Assembly: GCA_010909165.1 (NCBI GenBank)
Contig: MU008236.1
Span: forward strand, 1 to 64,000
Direction: 5' to 3'
DNA length: 64,000 nt
From: Anthoceros angustus
Lineage: Eukaryota > Plantae > Anthocerotophyta
Position numbers and translations under genes: made by a program
Part shown: piece by piece, positions 22,830 to 33,240 of the stretch
Numbering within the stretch: position 1 is the stretch's first letter
Layout: each line of letters opens with the position of its first letter
The notes under the pieces: model-generated
Databases searched by the model: none
Told to the model about the DNA's origin: nothing
Seen by the model: only the letters and a program-made list of their open reading frames with translations

Positions 22830-25800
22830 GACACTTCTCCTTCTCGCCACTGGCAAACCACCCTGGTGCACAATTACAGCGTTAGTCATGGCTTGCCCTC
22901 CCCAACTGTTGTCCTTCCTCTCGTGGCCCCTTCCTCCAGGGCAAGGCACGCCGACAAGGCAGTCTCGATGCTTCTTCTCGTGCCTTCTCTCGTGCTCTTG
23001 GGTTTCTCTTCCCCTTGCGCCCTCAGTCTCCATAGCTCCTTCAATAAGTTGCGACGCGCCAGGCGCTCCGTCCTCGTGCCTTCTGCCCCTCACAGTGTTG
23101 TCATGAAAGACAAGCAGCACAAGGTGGGACATACTCGGGACAGTCCCAGCGACGAGTATACTCGGGACGGTCCCCAATTCAGCCATACTCGAGATTGTCC
23201 CACCTACAATTAAACAGCGGACAACTCAAGGTAAGAAAGAGTGTTTACTAAATAGAAGGAGCATATGGACAGAATGTTCTAGTATGGATCTTTTTTGCAA
23301 AATATGCTAGTATAGAAATTCTCTTTTTCTTTAAGACAGGTAATCGGCCGGTTATCATCCAAGTACACGTGCTAAATAAGCATGTTAGTTTCAAACCCTA
23401 GGTTAGAGGATGGGTTCACAAAACCCCTCACAGCTAGTTAGGCAGTGCAAAACGTGGGAGAAGCGTGCAGGCGGATCTTTCTTGCGAGAATGATGGAAAT
23501 GGTGGCTGAGGCGAGCGGCGTGAAGATGGCGGCCTTGGAGCAAAGATAAGTGGCAGATTAGGGCTGTTGTATGCAGTTGTTGAAGTTGCACCTGTGAGCG
23601 CTGCGCATAGGGGAGAAATCCCAAGGCCCTTCTTGCAAAAACGCAATCTGTAATGCAATATGGAGTGGAAGCTTAGATTCAGAGCGTGTTTTTGAGCAAC
23701 GGGATGTTGTGTGCAGGCTTGTGTGTGATTTTCCAACTCACAGTCATGCAAACTGCGTGACCCTCTTCAATGCTGGACAGCATGCTGCAAGCAATGCTGC
23801 CTGCTTGTTCACTTCAACAACTACCCTCTTGGGAGCATGGCGCCTAGGGAGAAAGCACAGCAGTGGCGCTGCCAAGCATCTATAGCGAGGCGGCCAGCCT
23901 GAAGACACCCAGCATTGGGTCATGGTAGCTGTTGTGTAAATCTGGACAGGGACAGCAAGCATTCGAGTCTGTCGGCTCCCAGCCAGGACTTGTAGGCAGA
24001 TTGCTGTTGAGGATTACATCTTCTTTTCATTTCAATTCAGGGATTTTATTTGTTACATTCCCATTCAGATCCTTCTTGGTTGACATTTTGGTTGGAAGGC
24101 ACTGATTTCAGTGCATCCTTTTATCAATCTGAGGAGGGATTTGACCAGATTCAGTGTTTCCTTGTTGATTTGAGAGGGGAGCTGACCATACTAGTGCTTG
24201 CTTTCATGGGTGATGCACCCAGATGAGAGTGAGACAAGTCCACGCTACCGCCTTCGAACTCGTGACATTCCCAGCAGGATCACCCGTAAGCGAGTGCAAG
24301 CAAGGAGGAGGTGGGCAACCAGGAGGCAACAGCAGTGGCAGGAGAACATTCAGGACAACATTCAACCTCCAACACTGCAGCCAGCCACAAGTCCTATAGC
24401 TAACTGGTCACCTTTGTCACCAAATTTGTGCGTCAAGCGATTCGACTCGAGAATAGCGGCAAGGACATCCGAGGCAGAGCACCTTTTTCCGGGCAGTCCG
24501 AGCTACAACCGTGCCCGGGCGGTCCAGCCGACAACCATACTCGGGGCAGAACTTAGCTGATTACTCAGGGGATTCAGACACAATGGAGGGAGGAGGACCA
24601 TATCAGCCGAGTGAAATTCAAACATGTTTCAGCATACAATCATCTATATATGTTTGAGTAGTTGGTTGGTATCTAGCCCGGACACTTCTCCTTCCGCCAG
24701 CAAAACCACCGTGCACAATTACTAGTCATGGCTTGCCCTCCCAACGTTGTCCTTCCTCTCGTGGCCCCTTCCTCCAGGGCAAGGCACGCCGACAAGGCAG
24801 TCTCGATGCTTCTTCTCGTGCCTTCTCTCGTGCTCTTGGGTTTCTCTTCCCCTGCGCCTCGGTCTATAGCTCCTTCATTGTTAGTGCGCCAGCGCCTCCG
24901 CCCTCGTGCCTTCGCCTCACGGTTGTCATGAAAGACAAGCAGCACAAGGTGGGACATACTCGGGACAGTCCCAGAAGTATACTCGGGGCGGTCCCAATTC
25001 GACCATACTCGAGATTGTCCCACCTACAAAAATGGACAACCCAAGGTAAGAAAGAGTGTTTACTAAATAGAAGGAGTATATGGAGAATGTTCTAGTATGG
25101 ATCTTTTTGCAAAATATGCTAGTATAGAAATTTCTTTTCTTTAAGACAGGTAATCGGCCGGTTATCATCCAAGTACACGTGCTAAATAAGCATGTTAGTT
25201 TCAAACCCTAGGTTAGAGGATGGGTTCACAAAACCCCACTACAGGCTAGTTAGAGCAGGCTGCAAAAACGTGGGAGAACTGTGCCAAGGGCGGATGCGCT
25301 GCAGAATGATGGAAATGGCTGGGCGCAAACGTGGCTGAGAGGCACGCGTGAAGATGGCGACGCACTGGAGCAAAGATAAGTGGTGACAGTACGTTGTATG
25401 ATTGTTGAAGTTCGAGCTGCGCATGAGAAATCCCAAGGCCCTTCTTGCAAAAACGCAATCAAATGTACAATATGGAGTGGAAGCTTAGATTGAGCGTGTT
25501 TTTGAGCAACGGGATGTTGTGTGCAGGCTTGTGTGTGATTTTCCAACTCACGATCATGCAAGCTGGACCCTCTTCAATGCCGATGGCGATGTCGCAATGC
25601 TTTTGTTCACTTCAACAACTACCTCTTGGGAGCATGGCGCCTAGGGAGAAAGCATGAAAGAAGCGCCGCGCTAAGCATCTATAGCGAGGTGACACCAAGA
25701 CACCAAGATTGGGTCATGGTAGTATGTGTAACCGATGTGACTAAGCATTCGAGTCTGCCGGCTCTACCAGGGACTTGTAGGCGATTCTTGAGGATTACTT

Positions 25801-26415
25801 CTTTTCATTTCAATTCGAGTGGATTTTATTTGTTACATTCCCATTCGATCCTTCTTGGTTGACATTTTGTTGGAAGGCACCGATTTCAAGCATCCTTTTA
25901 TCACGGGAGGAGGATTTGACGATCTGATGTTCCTTGTTGATTTGAGAGGGAGCGGCCATACTAGTGCTTGCTTTCATGGGTGATGCACCGATGAGAGTGA
26001 GACAAGTCCACACGCCGAACTCGTGACATTCCCAGGATCACCGTGGCGAGTGCAAGCAAGGAGGAGGTGGGCAACGAGGAGAACAGCGGTGGCGAGGAGA
26101 ACATTCGTGACAACATTCAACCTCCAACACTGCATGACCACACAGTCCTATAGCTAATCAATACCTTTGTCACACGGCGGAGGCCAGGCCGAGAATAGCG
26201 GCAAGGACATCCGTGAACCCAGAGCACCTTTTTTTCCAGGGGCCCGAGTACCGACGGACAAATCCACGACAACCATACTCGGGGCAGAACTTAGCTGATT
26301 ACTCAGGGGATTCAGACACAATGGAGGGAGGAGGACCATATCAGCCGAGTGAAATTCAAACATGTTTCAGCATACAATCATCTATATATGTTTGAGTAGT
26401 TGGCTGGGTATCTAG
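22830..26415. repeat. Tandem duplication 5 (22830-24680 / 24681-~26415)
   Basis: GACACTTCTCCTTC at 22830 and 24681, with ~1.8 kb colinear. Confidence 0.9.
23099..24085 (+). mobile_element. Probable ~0.95-kb 5' LTR (duplicate 24924-25864)
   Basis: Begins TGTCA and ends TGACA (5-bp inverted termini) in both copies; followed by TTTTG(G)TTGGAAGGCAC and then a gag-like ORF. Confidence 0.6.
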
Positions 26416-26606
26416 CAGATGAGGCTTTGGACCTGTATGAGGTGCACCAGATGGATCTCATGGCAATGGTGGCCACGCCTAATCCTCTTTTCCAGGGTGC
26501 TTTACAATTAGCCTACAACGCTAAACTGGCCACGGCAATCAATACTCACCTCGCGGGCATTGCTCTTTGGGCTCATGACCAGCAGCCACAACCACCTCGG
26601 TTTTAG
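25970..26606 (+). mobile_element. N-terminal part of a gypsy gag-like ORF, truncated
   Basis: NPLFQGALQLAYNAKLA matches NPQFQGVLQLAYNGKLA at ~49350, where the same ORF leads on to zinc knuckles. Confidence 0.55.
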
Positions 26607-27599
26607 CGACTATAGAGAGGTTGGTGGCTATAGTGGGGGTGGATGAGCACATCCTGACAGCTAAACACACCAATCCAGTGGAGGTTGTCATGTTGTTGCT
26701 GTATGGGAAACAGAGCACCTAAGACTCTATGTGGATCTTGTTGGAGCATCACAGGCATAAGCCGATCTTGAAGTGCTTGATGATGTCATGTACATGGCCC
26801 ATGGATGGCCTGACATGACATGTATGCATGTGTATGTATGCATATATGCGTATGGAGATGAAGGATGACATGATGTGTGGACATGTGGCGGTGATGTGTC
26901 ATGGCGCATGCAATCTATATGCATGGTTATGCATGTAAGGCGGTGCTATGGCGCATATATAGATAGATTTATTAGAAAATACATAAAATCATAAATCAAG
27001 GAAAAGGAATAGGCTGTTAAACACATAAAATATTATTATTTGAAGGCCAAGGAAAGTAGGATTATAAAGTGCCCACCATCGATACGGTGGACACTTCATC
27101 GAGAACTCCGGGGTTTTGCCTATATATGTAGGCACCACCATGGATTCTTGGATTGTTGATGTTTGTCTTGTTCTAATAGACAGCCATACTTGTCCTCGTG
27201 TCTTTGTCTCCTAGAGGTTCTTGTGGTTCGTTGCATTACGGTTGGGAGAATTTTCCATCTTGATTTCACCACATCAACAATCCTCTTGTTGGGGACTAAG
27301 ATACTGATCTTGGAGGAGGCGCGCTGGAGATTGGAGGAAGAGGCGGAAGTCGCCCACCATCCAACCTGGAGGCAGTGCGATCCGAGAAGGTTGAGTGTTG
27401 CGAGAACTAGAGATAGGCTGATGTTTTTCGATGGGAATTTCGCCATTGATTACACGGCTTAGGTGTGGTAGTCTCACGATTCGAGTTAGCGTATGCGGAG
27501 AAGAGACGCATACATGAGCCGTTTGTGGATAGGCGGTGGATGTACTTTTACGGCTAGCTGGTTGGGCTAACGGTGGAAACAATTTGCCCTTTGACAACA

Positions 27600-29460
27600 T
27601 CCGTGCGCGTGGTGGGGCATAGGAGAAGTAACCATTGATGGTGTTCACGAGATCGGGGTGGGTGACGAAAGGACACTGCGCCTTCATCGGAGAAGTGCAC
27701 GCGTCTACTACGCCATTCAAGAGGACACGAACAATACGAGACAACGCCGATCACGGAGCAGTTTGGCGATTGGAGTCGCAAGAATGGAGCTTGAGTTCAC
27801 ACCAAGTAAGACGATGTCTTCACAGAAAACATGGAAGCATGTCTCTTGCGATTTCGAGGAGAAGTTTCGTTGGGCAATGGCGGAAAACAAGATGAAATAC
27901 AAGGGAGTTCACTCGGAGGATGGCGTTCATGAAGATGTCATCCTACCTTGCGGTGAGGCTCTAATGTATTACGAGATGAGAAGGCGGGATCCCGAAGGTG
28001 GCAGAGAAGAGAAGCGGTGCATGAGGGCCAAGAGGGCTGGTTCGAGCACCCCCCTCTTCGAGGACAAGCTCGAGCATCCGTGGACTTGATGTTCGCCAAG
28101 TTAACCACCATGTTTCCCCTGACTGGAAAAGATCCGAGGTCGAGGTTTTCTTTCGGGCCTAATGAGACATTGCGTGCATCTTACCTCAGTTGAAGGTTAC
28201 GGTGGAAGACACGGATGTAGAGGCGATGAGGAGGCTGAGATCTTCATGGCGGCTGCGAGACAAAGAAGGAAGGTGATGGACTGCATGGAGCGATGGGAGA
28301 GATATCGGTTGATAGACGCCTCAAATTGCCGAGAAGGTGCTCAAAGGAGATGCGATGGCCAGGCTTACTTGGAGGATCACGGAGTCGTGAAGGGCGCAGC
28401 GGAGAGAGGACACGGAATTCGTGTTTGTTCCAAGGTAGATCGGGAGCAGCACGATCCTCGGGACATGGCAAGCGGCCACATGTGCGAAGGAGAGGCCCTA
28501 ACAATGCAGTCAAGCGGTGTGAAGTGTGGCGGATCTTGGCGCCAAGGCGTTGAATGCGACTACAAGCGGTGGTCGAAGGGCAAGAACTGTAAGTCTTGTG
28601 GCGGATGGGGCACATGGAGGCAGCGTGTTGGGAAGCTCATCCCGAAGCCCAAGCTTGCATCGGGAGAAGGAGAAGGGCAAGGGCCCAAGTCGTAAGGCTC
28701 TCCTCGGGCAAGTGGAGGAGCTCAAGAAGGAGATGGCCAACATGGCCCGGCAGAGCAGCAGGATTTTGTTCTCGACTGATGAAGATGAGGCGTTTGGCAT
28801 GATGGCGGTGCGCAAAAGAAAGAAAGGCATTGTTGACTTTGGTGAAGGCGTCACTGAGTGCGGAACGGAATCGACCAAGATGCCGGAGAGTTTCCGGTCG
28901 AGGAAAACTCCACGAAGGTGTCAAGATCGGTCGAGACATTGAGGCGTTCTGGACAAGGCCATGGAGGTGCGATGAAGTCTTGTGGATCCGGGAGTGAAGG
29001 GCAACAACTTCAAAAACATCATGCGAGAATGGTGGAGAAAGGAGCTTGAATCCAGGATCTCTTCCTAGTATGGCCGGTTTGTGGCGAGCATCGATGCGAG
29101 GGCGAGGTGAAGGAGGTGTTGCCATGATTGATAACACGGATGACCTTTGATGGCTATGCTCCGATGAACGTGCTTGAACCGGAGCGGATCCGATCTGGGG
29201 AACACGGTGCGGGAGGCACTAAAGTTGTCGGACACAAGCTCGTTGCGGCGTGAACATCACCACCTCTGCAGTACCAAGGGCAGTCGGGAATGACGAGGAG
29301 GCCCGTGAAGATTGAATTGAAGCTCGAAGGATGCATCGTTGAAGTGAGATGTTTGGTCACCGGTGCAAAGACATATGATGTCTTCTGGTCGGACGGAACT
29401 CACCCGCCATGGGGTTGATCCCTTGCACCAAGCTTTCTGAGACCATTACGGTGGAGAGGA
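27600..29460 (+). mobile_element. Ty3/gypsy gag (two degenerate zinc knuckles) and aspartic protease, heavily frameshifted
   Basis: KCGGSWRQGVEC and CKSCGGWG knuckles (~28520-28620). VL[D]TGA can be restored with one base at 29170-29186, and the C-terminal VKIELKLEG..VRCLVTGAKTYDV is present. Confidence 0.6.
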
Positions 29461-29789
29461 GATTTCACGCATGTTGCAATTCCTCTAAGGATGAATAGGA
29501 GTGGTGGCAAGAGCAGTGACGAGGATGACGCCATGATTGCCACGGTGCTCGAGTGAGCATCGACATGAGATGTGGGAGGAAAGCAGAGTTATCCTCTCTA
29601 GATGCCAAGCCAAGAGAGCGGAAGGTGTGCTTAAGGTTGTGCTCGATATTTGGATCAAGCGAGGGTTCGAGAACCGGTGAGGATCGACCTGGAATCTCAC
29701 GGACACATGTCCCGAGAGGTCGATCCGGTATGAGGCCCGCCAAGTCGGAGATCGGCGACGATGCTCTGAACGATGGAAGGTGGTCAAGG

Positions 29790-30600
29790 CATCCATTTGT
29801 TGGAGCTCGCCGAAATCGCTGGCACAGGCGGTGTTGCGTGTGGCGATGGCAATATACTGCGTGGAAAAGGATGAGAAGATTCCGCTAGGGTCGAATCTCG
29901 GTTCCTGGCGGTATCCAACACTCGAGCGAGAAGGAAGCGATTCGAGGCTGCGAGCTGCCTGACGTGAACTGGTTGGGAAGCGGGGTTGTCAAGCCGGTGG
30001 ATATCGATCGCGGGATGGGAATGCAAGACATTTTCGGCGGTGGCAAAGGTGAAGGCGTTTTGTTGGCGGAGCTCGCGCGAATCACGCGAGAAGTCCGCGA
30101 ATCCACGATGTTGGTACATTCTGAGAATGTGTGCGACCATGGACAAAGCGTCCGGTAGGGCCCTATGAAGAGATTCGGGCGTGGTTCGGCAATGAGTTGA
30201 TCATGGGCCGCGGTGCGTGTGGCTCATATGCACACAGAGCGATTCGGACAAATGTGGTGGAGGTGCTCGACGACAGAATTTGACAACTCAAGCGGAAGGT
30301 CGTGGATGATATCCTAGAGTTGGGAAGGTGCTCACAGTGAAGAGGATGGACAAGTTGCCATTTTACCACCGTGGTAGGGGAAGCCGAAGGGCATGGCCAA
30401 CTCGTGAGCACACCGCAATCTTATGCCTTGACGGGAGGAGATGGTGTGATTCGGATTTGAAGGGAATGAGCTTGGAGCTCAATGTTGAGGAACGCGAGCA
30501 AGCGATGGGCTTTGCCAAGAAGGACACTCGGACCATGGGCATCAGATCGGATGCTGGATGGCATTTGACATTTGATGCGAGGTGGTGTAAGCCACTTGGC
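29790..30600 (+). pseudogene. C5-cytosine DNA methyltransferase domain inside gypsy pol (frameshifted)
   Basis: Ordered motifs: IHLLEL (I-like, 29791), YCVEKD (II, 29855), LP.DV (III), IAGWEC[QD]FSA.GKG.G (IV, Cys codon 30022-30024), HSENV (VI, 30123-30131), CGSYAHR..RTN (VIII, 30218-30238), ELNVEEREQAMGF..DT (IX, 30475-30513) and a weak G.AFD (X-like). Confidence 0.82.
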
Positions 30601-30719
30601 GTTCCAACTTGCAGCGAAGCGAAAGCCTTCCTCCAACTACAGGATAAAGAGGTTCCTAAGGAAGATGAGTGCGAGAGATTCAGATGGCGGTGGATCTTGA
30701 ATCGTCTACCAAGAGTGTG

Positions 30720-32100
30720 ACGAAAGAGGTTCATGTATGGCACATTGCAGAAGATGTGAGCCCGGAAGATAAGCAGAAAATCATCAACATGCTTGAGAAA
30801 AACAAGGGTGCTTTTGCATTCAGTTGGAAGGAGCTGGGTAGGTATGAGAAGATCAAGTTCAAAGTAGTGACGACTCATGAAGAGCCCGTCTTCAGAAGGA
30901 GGCATCGCCTCAGTTCAGCAGAATGGGAGATTGTTGACAAACGCTGTCAAGACTTGTTCGAAGCAGGGTTGATAAGAAAATCAAGCTCTCAATATGCTGC
31001 TGCGACTGTCCTACCGCTCAAAAAGGATGAGAACGGTGAATGGAAGGACAGGAGGATGTGTGGCGACTACCGACCTCTAAACGAGGTGACTCCTATGGAG
31101 CGGTACCCCATGCCTACTCCAGACGAGATTTTCGATGCCATAGGTAAGGCAAAGTTCTTTACCAGCTTGGACTTCCGCTCAGGCTTCAACCAAATTGTGA
31201 TTGAAGAGCAGGACAAGTGCAAGACCCTTGGGGAAGGACCAGCTTTGGGAGTGGGAGACAATGCCGTTTGGGCTGAAAATGCTATATATTTCCAAAGAAT
31301 TGCGGATCTGGGCTGCAGGTGCCATTTGTGCGTTGTTACATAGATGATATCCGGTCTTTGTGAGACAATCGAAGAACATATGGAGCATCTAGAGATATTG
31401 CTCAGTCAAGCTCGGGTTTGAAAGCTCATCCTAAGAAATGCAAGTTTGCTTTCCAGGATCAGTATGGGGCATGAGATAGTACCGAGGCATCATGCCTCTC
31501 GGTGGCTAAGGTGCGTGATGCAAATGCCTAGACCAAAGGATGTAGCTCTTAGAGCCTTCACAGGTTTGGTGAACTATTACAGGAGGTTTATGAAGGACCT
31601 CGGTTCACATGTAAACCTGTATGAGCTGAAGAAAGACATTGCATGGAAATGGGACCAAGACCAGGAGTTGGCTTGGCAAGATCTTCGGGACCAGTTGGCA
31701 GAGAAGCCTATGCTGGCCAGGCCGAATTTTGATCACCCTTTCACTCTGTACACATCGGAGCACTGAGGCGGTGTTGTCACAACATGGTGCGATGGTGTTG
31801 AGCGAGTGATAGCTTATGCAAGCCGATCTAACAACTCCAAGTGAACTACCTCATATGAGGGAGAGTGTCTTGTCGCATGGGCGCTCGCATTTCGTGGTCT
31901 ATCTGTATGGAAGGCGTTAATCGGTCACAGATCACCAGCCACTTCATTGGCTGATGACCAACATGAAGTTGAGTGGTAAGCTAGCGGTGGCTCTCGAGTA
32001 CGATATGGAGATCGTGCACAGGGCAGGCAAGGTGCATCACAATGCAGATGGGCTAAGCAGAAACCCGCTGGAGAGTGACAAGGATGTCACAGAGCTCGAT
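30720..32100 (+). mobile_element. Ty3/gypsy reverse transcriptase and RNase H; integrase absent
   Basis: GLIRKSSSQYAAATVLP.K..RMCGDYRPLNEVT..YPMP..FFTSLDFRSGFNQI, YIDD at ~31338, IAYASRS, TDHQPL and EIVHRAGKVHHNADGLSR. Confidence 0.95.
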
Positions 32101-32149
32101 GTGATGAGGGGCACGATGGTGCACCCAGCTTCATGGCACTCATGGCCGT

Positions 32150-33240
32150 GATAGATGATCATGAAGAAGGACATGTGCCGACAGAGTCCGCTGTGATGTT
32201 TGAGACATCCTCAAGCCTGATTCAAGAAGGCAAGGTTCGAATGATCAAGGTGCTTGGCTAAACTCAGAAGGCGTGTGGCCAGATACTCCTAGGACTGGTA
32301 GTTCTCACCCTGCACAGCAGCCATGGAGGAGGTCTCGCACAAGCGAGGTGGAGATACTGGAATCTGTGCCCTCTAGGGTGTGCTATGACTGCCGTCAATT
32401 CCAGCAGAGTTTGCAGGACAGGATGGGACCCCAATTTGTGGATGACGAAGATGCGGGTAAGTGGAGCATCTTCTACTCCCGCAAGTATGACCCGGAACGA
32501 GGTATTCCACCTGCAAGTTATGACGAGCTTCACATCTTCCTACTGTATGTTGAGGAGCATCATGACAGCTGTAGGGTGGAGCATTATCCCACAGAACATC
32601 GGGATTTATTTGAGCTCCAGGGGTCCTGGCGTTGCCTCGGACTGGACAAGCTATCTGAGAGGGTGCATGGAGGAATTTCAGCATCACTTCCAAATGCATC
32701 AATGGTTTGATGGGATGAGGTTGCAGTGAGTTCGTTGGTGGGAGACACATAGCCGCTTGATTTTTCTCAAGGAGTGGTTTCGAGTTTTCCACCATCCGCG
32801 ACGGGGGCATCATGTGGTGGCCTCGGCAGTTTTACATTCTGACCAACAAGCTGAGGACCCCTCATGTTGATCAACGTGCTTGGACTCGAGAGGAGAAGGA
32901 CGCGTTCAACTGTCTCAAGAGACTCGCCAGCCCGCACATCTACACTTCCTGTAAGTTACCGTTTTTCAATTACCCAACACAGGAAGCTTACAATCGGGAC
33001 ATGGATGCTGGACAGGATGGCATACATCCTTTTTTCAGCCAGTTCGATGCACAGAAGAGCTTTGTGGAAGAACAGGTTGACAATCTATCTGGATTCAAGC
33101 TGCCCAGCGAGATTACTATTAAGCAGGAGGCACAAGAAGACCCATCAGATGATGAGGATCTCGAAGATGACGCCATTCCTCCTCCTCGGCGTAACCACCG
33201 CTGTTGGACAAGCTACGCTCGCGGTGGGGACGCTGAGTAG
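32150..33240 (+). other. Unassigned frameshifted ORF (3' part duplicated at 34466-35200)
   Basis: Protein-like blocks CYDCRQF, DWTSYLRGCMEEFQHHF, WDEVASEF..FLKEWFRVFHHL and an acidic tail; family not recognised. Confidence 0.35.

Noticed and set aside
26685-27280. 5' LTR of the DNMT-gypsy element
   Set aside because: It starts with TGTCA and has a TATA-like CCTATATATG, but no convincing end, PBS or second copy could be fixed.
29150-32100. Treating the frameshifts as proof the DNMT element is dead
   Set aside because: Duplicate copies elsewhere in the window show frequent indel differences, so sequencing error may explain many frameshifts.
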